DNA of 64,000 bases, taken from Paraphysomonas bandaiensis (lineage: Eukaryota > Protista > Chrysophyceae). This document shows positions 11,966-24,225 of the stretch, piece after piece. The position numbers were made by a program, and so were the translations under genes. The notes beneath the pieces are model-generated. The model was not told where the DNA came from, did not search any database, and saw only the letters and a program-made list of their open reading frames with translations. Where the stretch lies: positions 16,037 to 80,036 of the forward strand of contig CBFFRP010000049.1 of NCBI GenBank assembly GCA_965644295.1, given 5' to 3'. Each line of letters starts with the position of its first letter. Positions within the stretch are counted from its first letter, which is position 1.

Positions 11966-13677
11966 TATATTGAATTTCTCACATAAATAGTCGTTTTTTC
12001 GCAGTGTATATTAATGTATATGTAATATCAGTATATGAATATTATGTATAGATGAGTTAGAGATATTTGCATAGGACATAAGGATGTAAAGTGTTACACG
12101 AAGACACTGGTGGAGAAATTATATGAGTAGAGAGTGTTGTATGTATAGATCTATTAACACACACATGCAACAACTCTACACTGTCCATACATATGCAGCA
12201 GGAGTACATACAAATATATGTACACATCTACATATTTTAGTCTCCTATTGTAAAATTACACCGAAAATTACACCAATATGTTGTGTGGGAATGTTCTGTA
12301 AAAATTACAGAATTATGCAAAAATTACATCTAGAAGTATGTAAATACTGCTTATCCCTCTGTACTCTGCTGTATAGAAGCCATGATGTACTTTCTACACA
12401 GGAGCCTCCTGAGTGCCGATACGAGTGTTTTTTTTAGGGTGCGTTTTGTTGGCCCAAAAAAAAACTGGATTTGCCGCGAAAAAACGCTTATTCATTGAAA
12501 AAATCCAGGGAATTTAGTTTAAAACACCATTTGCAGGGTTTTCAAAATACAGAGTGCATAAATATCTTGTATATTTCATTAAAAGTCTGGAAATTCAGCA
12601 GATAAAACCCAAAATCACTGTTATCTCTGTATGCTTAGCTTGCTTGTTGTTTAATTCGTTGCACTGACTCTGCAATTGCTGTCAATGCATCAAAATAGGA
12701 ACAATTACTGTTGTTGAATGCAAGAATCATTATCTTCCAATTACGGGATATCAATCCTGATACTGTGTGCATGCTATCCACAACCCTTTCTGAACATAAC
12801 ATGAATATGAATCCCTTTACTCTCATATATATGCATTTACAAGACAGCTTCTTCAGTTTCTTAAGTTCCTACTTGAATACTTTCTGCTTGTATTGCAATA
12901 TACTGTCCTGTTTACAACTTCTATATGTTAAACACACGTATACCGGATATGGCAATCGTTCGGTAGGATGTGCATACCCATTTGCCGGATTACCCTAATA
13001 CAGTGGTTGCTCAGCCAGTGGGTGACTACCATGAGCCGAACGGGGCATTGCTGTACAGTAATAGCTATATAATATGTATCTACACCTCTCGAAATAGACT
13101 CAGCGTAGATATTAAGATAATTAACACACTGTATCTCTGCCACTGCTATCAGTATCCTCATATACATATCACTCAGGACACTATGAGAGTGTATCTATAT
13201 TCCATACACTCATAGTAGTAGATACTTTCTAATCAGAGGGGATAATACTGCATATGACTCGCTCAAGTAGAGTTATTCCAATGTTAGTCTCTCCGATGAT
13301 CAGTTCTGCATTATGAATATATTCAAATGCTCTGCATTCATGATATAATCCTTAGAGCCCTCTGGCGGTATAGCTATGACAGTCATGGTCATGGAACCAA
13401 CTCTGCTATCTCTGTCTTTAAAATAGACCAATTCTTCTGTGTGATTGCCACTTAACCATACGTTTTACCAGCTTACTCAACAACTAGTAGCAGGTGACAT
13501 GAGAGGACTATGAGCTCATGTATACACAGTTAGGTTATGATTATATCACAGTCTGTGTACCTCTTATTAGTACTCATCGAGGCTATATCATAGATCCTGT
13601 ATGTGAAAATAACAGATTACTGTTTATGGATTCTATGTTATCGTGCTGATTGTTTGTTACCTCAGGGACACTTGTGG

Positions 13678-13984
13678 TATTGAACTACAACCAACTCCTA
13701 CGTGCGTACTTGAAGTTTGGTAAAGTCAATCGCTAGTAGTTATCCTGTATTCTATGTAGCAATGAAATACAGAATATACATGACTACAGTATAGGAGTAG
13801 CTATTACAAGTATACAAAGAAACTGAAAATATAGTAGCTGTTAAAGATATGATTTGTAGAACAGAATGTTGATGTTGGTGAATGACGTGGTTCCTAACTC
13901 ACAGGGCTACAACATCATAAACTTACTATATCTCCTATAATATCAATCAGTCAATATTGCACTAACTAAAAGCGTAAATTAATA
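13678..13984 (+). repeat. 5' LTR, family A (TATT...AATA)
   Basis: Direct repeat of 18550-18856; bounded by TSD and PBS. Confidence 0.95.
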
Positions 13985-16900
13985 TGGCAGCGGATGGAAA
14001 TTTCACGAATGTCGCCTCAGGCTCAAAGGTACCTCCCTTCGAGGAACTGAACTTCAAGAAATTCAAGAAGTTCTTCACCTCATTCCTCATGAGACACAAT
14101 CGAGCTCATCTTGTCCTCTCAAAGGATAAACCAAGGCACATTCATGATCTAGACTCTACAGTCCCAGCGGGAGCTCATATGACTGATGCACAGAAGAAGC
14201 GACTACGCAAAGCGAAGAAACTCTGGAACACCCGGAACGAGACCGCGTACTCCTTCCTGATGGAAGTGTGCAATGCTCACCCAAAAGCAGGCACAACAGC
14301 GGCTCTCTACGAAGGAAGTACAGCAAAAGGGTTACTACAGGCACTGGAAGAGAGATTTCTCAATGTTGAAAAGAATACAGTACAGGCAGAGGTCACAAAG
14401 TTCAATTCAATGAAGATTACCTCAAGTCAGTCAGGAGCAGAGTTCGTCGACAGCGTTGAAGCCCAGGCCAAGATTCTCGAGAATCTAGGTCGTGAAGTCA
14501 CGGAAGACGACAAGCTCACTCGACTAAAGGAAGGTCTCACAGACAAGAGATATTCCCAACTAGCACACAGCCTGTATACAGCAAACGATGTGACATACGC
14601 AAGAGCAAGCAGCCTAATCAAAGGGTATGAAAACACATCATTCGGCAAGCATGCGTTGCAAAATTCAGGGGAAGACAGTGTCAATCAAGCAGTGGATGAC
14701 AGTAAATGGAAAGAGCACAAGAGAAAGGGCAGATGCAATAAGTGCAAGAAACTTGGCCACTTTGCTAGGGAGTGCAAGACTCCAGAGCATGTCATAAAGA
14801 GGATGAAGGGGACAAGATCACAGAGAAAAGATAGAGATCACAGAAACAGGGGTGATAACAAAACAAAGCTACCTGTGTGTGAGATATGTGACATCCCAGG
14901 CCATCAGACTAAAGACTGCTTCCACTTGAAGACTGCTAAAGCTGCAGTGGTCAGTTCTAAACGGGGGCGAGACTCTAGAAGGGAAACGGCACCCTACAAG
15001 AACAAGAAGAAACCGCGAGTGTCTGTACATGATTCAGAAGATGAAGCGGGATACGAATCGATGATATGTGTGGAAGAAGAGGTGAATCTAGCACAGAGCA
15101 TGTCAGATGTTATTTATTTAGACAGCGGGTGCAACAAGATGATCCTTACCTCCAAAAACCACATGACCAACCTTCAGCGCGCTGATAGGCAGATGTCCAC
15201 AGCGAACAAAGGTAAACTGTCAATACACAGTGTTGGCGATGTAGGAAGCTTTAAAAAGGTGTACTACGCACCTGAAGCAAGTAAGAACCTCGTAGATATG
15301 AAGAGCATCACAGATAGGGGTTGTGTTGTGACGTTCGATAATGATGAAGTCGTCATTCGAAATAAGACTACGAACAAGACACTCATTAGACAGAGAAGTG
15401 TTAATGGATTATATCCAGTTCGACTCGAAGACTTACTTCAGCTTGGAGAAGAATCCTCAGCAGCACTTGAGGAGCAGGGGTTTGATGACCAGCGAATTCT
15501 ATGGCACAAAAGACTTGGCCATGTCAACTATGATAAACTGACTGAGTCCGACCGCCGAGGCCTAGTTGATGGAATAAATCTGGACAAGAAATATTTCAGA
15601 AAAAAACACAAAAAAACGATATGCAAATGTAATACCTGCATGCGATCGAAACTCACGAGAAAGAACTTCAGGACTCCACGCCAGTTGATGAACTTAGACA
15701 ACAACCCAAAGGAGAGAGGGGTGCTCAGTGCAGATACGATGGAAGTCCTAAACACGCCATCGATGGAAGGCTACAAACATGTGTTACTATTCAAGCACAG
15801 TGATGCAAAACATGTATGGGCTTATGGGTTGAAAAACAAGACTGGGAGTGAAGTGTTAAAGTGTATGAAGGACATGGTAGAGACCCAACTTGTCAAAGAA
15901 GGATTGCAACTACGACGATATCATGCAGATGGCGCAGGAGAACTAGTAGGGCAACATGTCAGGCAGTACTTACGTGAAACCACCAGCACAAGGACTGTAC
16001 AGGTTACTTGGACTCCACGTGACACACCCGAAATGAATTCGCTATCGGAACGCACTAATCGTACAGTGAAGGAGATGGCCCTTGCTATATTGCTCGATAG
16101 TGGCATGCCATCAGTATTTTGGTTCAAAGCAGTCTTGCATGCTGTATATCTGATCAACAGGTTACCTACGAAGACAACGAAAGGATACATCTCACCTTTT
16201 GAGTATATTACTGGAACCGCACCAGATGTGAGTGACTTGAAGATCTGGGGCTGCAAGGCATGGGCTATTGTGCCGAAGGAGCAGCGCCGCAAAGAGTGGA
16301 AAGAAAAGGGAAAACCTGGATACTATATGGGACAATGTCAACAACCTGTTGGACACCAAATATATATTCCAGACCTGAATGCTATTATTGTTGCAGTCAA
16401 TGCACAGTTTGATGAGTCAATTCCAGAGCGTTCACAGGAGTATTTCGACGAAATAGATAATCTACAAATCGACACCTCAGAAACAGCAGAGAGTGTAAAT
16501 GACTATCAGTACCTGGTGGGCCTCAGACATCTTGATGGACACCTGTGTTATGTTACCACCAGAGTGATAGAGAGAAGAGGAGTCATTGTTGCATATAGGA
16601 GATTAGATATGAAAGGAAATACTACCGAGGAGCAAACTCCAATTCATATCAAAGATGTAGTAAAGATGACTCACTCTACAAAGTGTCAGACCGACAAGTT
16701 TAATAGTTTGCGAAATGAGTTGGATCAGACTTGTAATGACAGTGACAATGAACAGAGGACTCCTGACCGCTCAAATCGGGGCGCATCTTCAACAGGTGGG
16801 GCAGATCGAAATCCCAGAACTGAAAAACGACCTCGAAAAAAACGGCACATTGTTAACGTTGGTGTCCTCGGCGATGTCTCATTGTTTCTTGATTCCTCCA

Positions 16901-18501
16901 ACAGCACAATTAAAGAGCCACAGACGCTGGCAGAAGCAAAGAAGACTCCACAGAGAACATACTGGATTGAAGCTACCAGGAAGGAGGTGCACAAGCTTGA
17001 ACGAAGGACATGCTGGAAGATTGTCCGAAGGCCGAAACACCGAAAAATCATAAAATCTAAATTGGTCTTTAAAGTAAAGCGCGACCATCTTGGAAAAATT
17101 AAGAAGTTCAAAGTTCGACTTGTGGCGAAAGGGTTTACTCAAGAACAAGGAGTCGACTATAATGAGACATTCTCCCCAGTAGCTAAAGGTGTATCATTTA
17201 GGCTAGCACTAGCACTGGCTCTGCGATACAATCTGCAACTCCGTCAACTCGATGTAGAAACGGCATTTCCGTATGCAGATCTGGACGAAGACGTGTTTAT
17301 GTCTCCACCTGCAGGAATAGATATTCCACAAGGCTGTTGTTTGAAGATTCTGAAGAGTTTGTATGGCCTAAAACAAGCGCCTCGAAATTGGCATTCAATG
17401 CTGAAGGACAGTATAAAGGCGATGGGGTATAAACAATGTGTTCTTGACCCATGTTTATTTGTACTCAAGGGTACTGATGATAACCTACATATGATACTTG
17501 TGTATGTAGATGATATCATTGTGCTCAGCTCTGACAGCCGTCATATTGAAGAAGTCATCAGCGCCTTTAAGACTCAATATGCCATGCAAGATATGGGGGA
17601 CCTTAAGCATTATTTAGGTCTTACCATTGAGCGTCATAATGGCCAGATTAAGTTACATCAGTCTGCATATGCTAAAGATGTTGTGGCCAGATTCAATCAC
17701 TTGTTGTCAGAAAAGAAGAGACGGTGCAAGGCAACCACACCTCTACCACCTGGCCTAAAGTTGTCCAAGGATGCAAAAGAGGAAGAAACTCGAAAACAGA
17801 GAGAATACGTTGATGCATTTCCCTATCAATCTGTTATTGGTGCCTTAATGTATTTGGCAGTGCATACTAGACCAGACATGGCATATACAGTAAATCTTCT
17901 CTCCCGGTTCACCACAAGACCCACGTACGCTGCATGTCAAGCTGCTCTGCATACTTTATTGTATTTAGAAAATACAGTTGATCAAGGTATCATATTTCCT
18001 AATTTCACAGATGAAGACCCTCTATGTGTGTACTCTGATGCAGATTGGGCCGGAGATCTGGATACATGCAGATCCACTACAGGGTATATCGTATATCTGT
18101 GGGGTGCTCCAATTGCATGGCAGTCCAGACTGCAGCCAACAGTGGCTACGTCGACTATGGAAGCTGAATATATGGCTGCATATGCTGCAATTCAGGAGAT
18201 TGTATGGATACGAGGGGTGATGACAGAGCTCGGAATTCGTGGATTTGAGCTCAGTAAGAATGCGTCTCCAACAATCTTGAATATGGACAGCAAGAGTGCG
18301 ATTGATCTAGCTCAGAACCCGGTAAATCATAAACGTTCCAAGCATATTCGGATCAAGTATCATTGGATTCGAGAGCAAGTGGGAGGCTGTATCGTCAGGC
18401 TGAATCATGTGCCAACGGCAGAGATGACAGCAGACGTGATGACTAAAGCCTTGTCCGAGAAGCTGCACTATCAGCATGTGCACACTATGGTATCGCACTA
18501 A
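13984..18501 (+). CDS. Copia Gag-Pol polyprotein (1505 aa)
   Basis: Two CCHC knuckles, YLDSGC protease, WHKRLGH..C..C plus integrase core, RT YVDD, RNase H YSDADWAG...KHI, in PR-IN-RT-RH order. Confidence 0.97.
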   Translation: MAADGNFTNVASGSKVPPFEELNFKKFKKFFTSFLMRHNRAHLVLSKDKPRHIHDLDSTVPAGAHMTDAQKKRLRKAKKLWNTRNETAYSFLMEVCNAHPKAGTTAALYEGSTAKGLLQALEERFLNVEKNTVQAEVTKFNSMKITSSQSGAEFVDSVEAQAKILENLGREVTEDDKLTRLKEGLTDKRYSQLAHSLYTANDVTYARASSLIKGYENTSFGKHALQNSGEDSVNQAVDDSKWKEHKRKGRCNKCKKLGHFARECKTPEHVIKRMKGTRSQRKDRDHRNRGDNKTKLPVCEICDIPGHQTKDCFHLKTAKAAVVSSKRGRDSRRETAPYKNKKKPRVSVHDSEDEAGYESMICVEEEVNLAQSMSDVIYLDSGCNKMILTSKNHMTNLQRADRQMSTANKGKLSIHSVGDVGSFKKVYYAPEASKNLVDMKSITDRGCVVTFDNDEVVIRNKTTNKTLIRQRSVNGLYPVRLEDLLQLGEESSAALEEQGFDDQRILWHKRLGHVNYDKLTESDRRGLVDGINLDKKYFRKKHKKTICKCNTCMRSKLTRKNFRTPRQLMNLDNNPKERGVLSADTMEVLNTPSMEGYKHVLLFKHSDAKHVWAYGLKNKTGSEVLKCMKDMVETQLVKEGLQLRRYHADGAGELVGQHVRQYLRETTSTRTVQVTWTPRDTPEMNSLSERTNRTVKEMALAILLDSGMPSVFWFKAVLHAVYLINRLPTKTTKGYISPFEYITGTAPDVSDLKIWGCKAWAIVPKEQRRKEWKEKGKPGYYMGQCQQPVGHQIYIPDLNAIIVAVNAQFDESIPERSQEYFDEIDNLQIDTSETAESVNDYQYLVGLRHLDGHLCYVTTRVIERRGVIVAYRRLDMKGNTTEEQTPIHIKDVVKMTHSTKCQTDKFNSLRNELDQTCNDSDNEQRTPDRSNRGASSTGGADRNPRTEKRPRKKRHIVNVGVLGDVSLFLDSSNSTIKEPQTLAEAKKTPQRTYWIEATRKEVHKLERRTCWKIVRRPKHRKIIKSKLVFKVKRDHLGKIKKFKVRLVAKGFTQEQGVDYNETFSPVAKGVSFRLALALALRYNLQLRQLDVETAFPYADLDEDVFMSPPAGIDIPQGCCLKILKSLYGLKQAPRNWHSMLKDSIKAMGYKQCVLDPCLFVLKGTDDNLHMILVYVDDIIVLSSDSRHIEEVISAFKTQYAMQDMGDLKHYLGLTIERHNGQIKLHQSAYAKDVVARFNHLLSEKKRRCKATTPLPPGLKLSKDAKEEETRKQREYVDAFPYQSVIGALMYLAVHTRPDMAYTVNLLSRFTTRPTYAACQAALHTLLYLENTVDQGIIFPNFTDEDPLCVYSDADWAGDLDTCRSTTGYIVYLWGAPIAWQSRLQPTVATSTMEAEYMAAYAAIQEIVWIRGVMTELGIRGFELSKNASPTILNMDSKSAIDLAQNPVNHKRSKHIRIKYHWIREQVGGCIVRLNHVPTAEMTADVMTKALSEKLHYQHVHTMVSH

Positions 18502-18549
18502 GTAGACTTGCTCATCACAGTATATTCTGATATGTTCATTGAGTGGGAG

Positions 18550-18856
18550 TATTGAACTACAACCAACTCCTACGTGCGTACTTGAAGTTTGGTAAAGTCA
18601 ATCGCTAGTAGTTATCCTGTATTCTATGTAGCAATGAAATACAGAATATACATGACTACAGTATAGGAGTAGCTATTACAAGTATACAAAGAAACTGAAA
18701 ATATAGTAGCTGTTAAAGATATGATTTGTAGAACAGAATGTTGATGTTGGTGAATGACGTGGTTCCTAACTCACAGGGCTACAACATCATAAACTTACTA
18801 TATCTCCTATAATATCAATCAGTCAATATTGCACTAACTAAAAGCGTAAATTAATA
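18550..18856 (+). repeat. 3' LTR, family A
   Basis: Follows the PPT; matches the 5' LTR. Confidence 0.95.
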
Positions 18857-19364
18857 TGTGGAGTGGTAGTATTTCTAAGTCACCGCTTCGGTAAATTTAA
18901 ATAATCTATTAACTTGTGGGTGGTTTAACCACCTATAGTCAGCATTAAGTCTGCTGTTATACTTACATCTTCGTCGAAAACACTGTAGAGACAATCGATT
19001 TCAGGAGCGATGTAGTCCACTACAATTTGAAAGTGATTCTAGTGTAGCTAGAGTTTCGAATGTGATATTTGCTATATTGCGTTCATATTATCAAATCGAT
19101 TGCATTTTCTACAACCGCAGCTGATAAATTCACAGTCTCACTGTGACTGCATTAAATACTCAAAGCCAAATAAAAATCAGGGCGTACAGAATAATAATGG
19201 CATATTAGTAAGTAAGACATCAGTTGTATCTACTCAATGCCGTACGATCGGTATGTGACAATTTTGAGCTGCATTGTAACTAAAGGCTTAAGATATCTTC
19301 TGTCTCAGAATACGATTAAAAATAAAGGGAATAAACAGATGCCTTCAGGTCTAAGTAGAAGATT

Positions 19365-22300
19365 CTAAGGTATTATTAACTGAAGCAAATGCATATCTTG
19401 TACACAGCGTCGCAAATAACTGCTAAAGACAGAGGTGCATGCCAAACACGATTCTATTCTATTAGAGTGTAATACCACACTCAGCATTCGAAGATAGCAT
19501 TCGCTATCATTTTCTGTAGACTTATCACTGTGGCCCTTCATCCAGCAGCTGTGGTCCGAGAGGGCATCGCATACGTCATTAATTGTAAGAGTGCGAGGGC
19601 GAAGAGTATGCTGCATATATAAGCATGAAACAGAAATTATAACGGCTGCGTCATTTACCTCGCACAAATGTGATGATTCATTGAATTCCTGTGCTTTCAA
19701 GAGCAAACTTATCTCATTGTATCGTCGTTCTGCATCTGTAGCACGCATCAATCGTACATATATTGAAAAACGCGTGGAGTACTTGCCACTAATATGCATT
19801 GATCGACTCAAGTACATATACTCTGCAGACAGTTTCCAATTCATCCTATATGCACACGGCAAGTCGCCTATTTACACAAATAGAGATGAATACGGTCATA
19901 ATCTTACTATCAATGTACCCACCATTCTGAAAGAGCTGCAAAATATCACTTTTTAGGTGTCTTTCAGTTACAACTTGTAGATTATCCTTATATCTGAAAG
20001 CGATATAACAGAACATCATTTTATATGCAACTATTTTACCTAACCCAAGAGCCAATGGCTGATATGTAAATTCGCTGGTGAACTTGTCGCATACTGTGTG
20101 TGCGGACAGGTCTTGTACGTGCATGAGCGTTTAGTACGCCCGGTTCCCAGTCTAATCCCATTACATCGCAAACTAGACGCCGCATTTCCTGAACCTGTGT
20201 CAGAACAAGAAAGCACACTATATAGAGTTCGCACTATCAATAAGAAAAAACGGTTTGCCGTATAAGTGTAAGTCATGAGTAAATAACGTAGAGTGCGAAG
20301 CTGCTAGGACAAAGGTGGTAGAGGAAATATGTTTTTTTATATTACTCACTTTGCTCGGCGTCTGTACCAAATCCTCATAAAGAACTTCTGTGACCCGACC
20401 TGGTAGGACTCGTCGCCAATGAGCCATTAATTTTAAGTACAGTTTATACTCGTGGCATACATCCTCAAGGCTGTGTGTCCAATCCAAGCCTACGAAACTT
20501 TGATGTCAGCTATCTCCGACTGATGACTTCATTGAATATATATATCAAAACATAGTCCAATACAAATTATACTTGAAGCAGATCTTACCTACATCATCAA
20601 ACTTATGCTTATATGTGCTGAAGATAGTGTCCATGGGATCTCGCACGGTGTGAAGAATTACTGAACGAGGGAAAAGCAGATGTATCAAACCAATATTTTT
20701 ATAATTAAATAACATTTTATCCACAATCCTCAATGGGTCGCCTCCTGTTCGTGCTCGCATTCGGTCTAAAATAACTTCACTGCCTTGTGAAACAATTCTT
20801 CGTATCTGCATATACTGAGATGTTGCAGTCTCCGAAGAACCCATAGTTAATTGAATACTAGAAAGAATATCAGGTAGTTCAGAGTTCAGCACACTATCTT
20901 CACCGGAGCCCACCACTCCACTGTGAGCATCCAGCATATGTTCCAGAAGTGATGACCCCGACCGCATGAAGCCAACGATGAACACCGGTAGTCGTGAGGA
21001 ATTACCCACCCCAGATGGCCAAAATGTCCGACAAAATACTCGGCAAATGGTATCCACGCGAGATGAACTTTCGAGCGAAGAGTATCGGGTAGTGCCAGCC
21101 TGCATTCGCGAAAGGGTTGCTACTTGGTGTGCAGACAGTAGAAAAGACCACGCAGAGTCAGTGTCTCCTAACTTGTGAGCAGCAACATACATTGCAAAGT
21201 ACAACTCACTCGGTACGCCACAGGTCGGACAGATTCGACCCAGCACACCAAGTGATATTTCACAACCAGACACCAATGATTTCTCTACCCTTCTCATATC
21301 GTCGAGTAGCATTTTCCATTCCTCCGTACTACACTCTCTCTCACTCACACATTGTACTAAGCCAGTGTAAGTCTGTGCATAATATGGTGCACATTGTAGG
21401 GCATTCTTTAAAGCATTCTCTGCCTTAGATGTCATGTTGAGAGCAAGGAGACACATGCCCATATGATGTAGACAGATAGCTCTATCATGCGCACATGTAC
21501 ACAACTCCATCGCATGCATATGAGACTCATAAGCCTCGTTTAATCGCCCCATTGTATTCAACAACAATCCTTTGCGGTGAAACACAACAAGCTATAAAAA
21601 CACATATTAATTAATCACTTCTCTACATCACTTGTACTACACATACATCCCTACTCCCTCTACATACATGTACATACCCTCTCTACATCACTTGACTACA
21701 CATACATCCCTACTCTACATGTATATACCTTCTCTACATCACTTGACTACACATACATCCCTACTCCCTCTATACATACATGTACATACCTTCTCTACAA
21801 CACTTGACTACACATACATCCCTACTCTCTATATACATGCATGTATACACCTTCTTTACATCACTTGACTACACATACATCTCTACTCCCTCTATATACA
21901 TGTACATACCTTCTCTACATCACTTGACTACACATACATCTCTACTCCCTCTATATACATGTACATACCTTCTCTACATCACTTGACTACACATACATCC
22001 CTACTCTCTATATACATACATGTATACACCTTCTCTACATCACTTGACTACACATACATCCCTACTCCCTCTATATACACGTGTATATACCTTCTCTACA
22101 TCGCTTGTACTATACATACATCCCTACTCCCTCTATATACATGTATATACCTTCTCTACATCACTTGACTACACATACATCCCTACTCCCTCTATATACA
22201 CGTGTATATACCTTCTCTACATCACTTGTACTACACATACATCCCTACTCCCTCTATATACACGTGTATATACCTTCTCCACATCTCTTGTACTATACAT

Positions 22301-22535
22301 ACATGCGTTATTAAACGCCTCTAGTGCCTGCTGCTGATACTTTCCACCATCATGATATGCTGCATCACGAGCTTGAAGTGCCTGATGTATTCTATGTATC
22401 AGTGGATGTGATAATGACTTATAAGGGGGATAATACCAGTCCTAAATCAGCCCAATAGGTGCTTCTATAGGGGCTTGTTATTACTTGATTGCGACACTTT
22501 CTAATAGCGTGATCGATATCTGCTATACCAGACAT
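19365..22535 (-). CDS. TPR + sulfotransferase (Sulfotransfer_3) protein, multi-exon
   Basis: TPR-like helices followed by PVFIVGFMRSGSSLLE, VDKMLFNY, VRDPMDT, YEDLV and GLDWE motifs; probable start MSGIADIDHAIRKC at 22535; 3' exons approximate. Confidence 0.85.
21616..22300. repeat. Intronic minisatellite, ~59-bp unit, about 11-12 copies
   Basis: Repeated CTTCTCTACATCACTTGACTACACATACATCCCTACTCCCTCTATATACATGTACATAC. Confidence 0.9.
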
Positions 22536-23026
22536 AGAGATGAATGAAAGGATGATATCACAGGACTGTGATTGTGGCTGATAGTGATTATCTATCTATA
22601 TATATATGAGTGGGATGTAAGACTGGTAGATGAGGGTTCTCTATATGTATATACATGTATGTATGTATGTACGTATGTATATGTATGGAAAGACACGTAG
22701 AGGTCATAGAAAGAAGTGAATTGAGAGAGAGGTGGCCAATCAGTATGTAGAATAATGGAATAATATTATATCATTGGTTTATAGAATTCACTTTTCATGG
22801 CAACTTATTATTCTATTATTATGGATTAAAAATCATTGATTTTATCATTTCTAGATATCTGGGGGTTAAAAAAGTGGACTTTTTTGTTAGTGGACTACAC
22901 TACTATACTGCTGACTCTTACACTGCTGTACGCATGTACTATAGGCAGATACTGCATGCCTCTATGCTACATGTTGCATATATAACATAGCAGCATATAT
23001 ATACATATATCACTCCACATAACTGC

Positions 23027-23623
23027 ATGATGGATGATCTATACATTACTTGCAATACTTTACTAGATACTCTTCATTCAGCTGCATCAAGAGCTGATTT
23101 TGAATTATATTTTAAATGTTTTCATGAGAATGGTCGCTTTCTAGGGACGGATGCAACTGAGAATTGGACAATAGAAGAGTTTAAAGACTTCTGTCGGCCA
23201 ATATTTAAAGGTTCATCTGCATGGAATTATATTCCACAAGGAACAAGAAAATTAGCAGTATTTCCTTCAAATGAAATATCTGTTTCTGTTGCAACTGTTG
23301 TTATGTTTGATGAGACACTTGATTTTCCAGCAATGCGTTGCACGGCACGCGGTACTGGGACTATAGTATGGTGTGAAAAACAAGATAGATGGGTTATTCT
23401 GCAGTATCATCTTTCATTTCCGATACCGGATGAAGTGGGTGGGACAATAACTAAAATTATTGGGGACCATCTCGCTCGGGAAGATCCTAAAGTAATGAAG
23501 CTACGAGAAGAAGAGGCAGATAAGGCTGCGGAAGAATTGCTGAAGGAATTAGATATGAATGAGTCGAAATCAGGAGGCAGTAAAACAAGTAAGAAGAAAA
23601 AGAAAGGAAAAGGGAAGAAGTAA
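23027..23623 (+). CDS. SnoaL-like (NTF2-fold) protein with basic C-terminal tail
   Basis: HSAASRADF..YF, FLGTDATENWT..EF, FDE.LD, RGTG and W.I.QYHLSFPIP motifs; ends KKKKKGKGKK. Confidence 0.8.
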   Translation: MMDDLYITCNTLLDTLHSAASRADFELYFKCFHENGRFLGTDATENWTIEEFKDFCRPIFKGSSAWNYIPQGTRKLAVFPSNEISVSVATVVMFDETLDFPAMRCTARGTGTIVWCEKQDRWVILQYHLSFPIPDEVGGTITKIIGDHLAREDPKVMKLREEEADKAAEELLKELDMNESKSGGSKTSKKKKKGKGKK

Positions 23624-24225
23624 CACGCTGTTTATCTTAGTATATAAGTAGGAGGGTGCACCCTCGCAGTACTAATTTGTTTGTCCTGTAATAAGCCGTA
23701 TGTTTGTAATATTACGTAGCACACTAGCGATTAGGCCTATATCGTTGCAACTCTACGTAGATATTCTGCCTAGCTATCCACAGTTGTGGCATTGATGATA
23801 CTAGATTGGAGTAAAGAGTAAAGTGGTGGTAGGTGGTGGAATATGCTACAACTCCACTGAAGCCAACCTTGCTCGAACCGTAAGGCTTAAACTTACACAG
23901 AGAGGATTCTATACAGAGGTGTTCATCTGTCAATCCTATACCTTCTATTGTCATTTGTCATATATAAGGAACAAGGAACTAAATTTACTTCCTTTACAAC
24001 TAGTTGTATTATAATGTAGAAGTAAGTGTACTAAGTTGTTACTAAGTGTGAATAGAAGTAAGTGTCACTAAGAACCCATTAAAACTATGAGTTATACCGT
24101 ATTATATATCGTATCATCCATCAGAACGAAGTAGCGGGTAGCGGTAATGTGGGTATATTGATATGGTTCTGTACGCGATGAAGTAAACCACTGGGGGAGG
24201 GTTGCATTTAATCACAACTAAGAAT

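Larger units (their letters stand above)
13678..18856 (+). mobile_element. Full-length Ty1/copia LTR retrotransposon, family A
   Basis: Two 307-bp LTRs, identical by eye; TSD TGTGG (13673-13677 / 18857-18861); PBS 13985-13997; PPT GAGTGGGAG 18541-18549; intact gag-pol. Confidence 0.97.

Noticed and set aside
12630-13500. Possible degraded coding sequence upstream of copia A
   Set aside because: No consistent frame or recognisable domain
14156-18498. Antisense and alternative-frame ORFs inside the copia and kinase genes
   Set aside because: Shadow ORFs of long coding regions
21616-22300. Short ORFs and repeat/spacer look of the 59-bp array
   Set aside because: Plain intronic minisatellite; the ORFs are low-complexity artefacts
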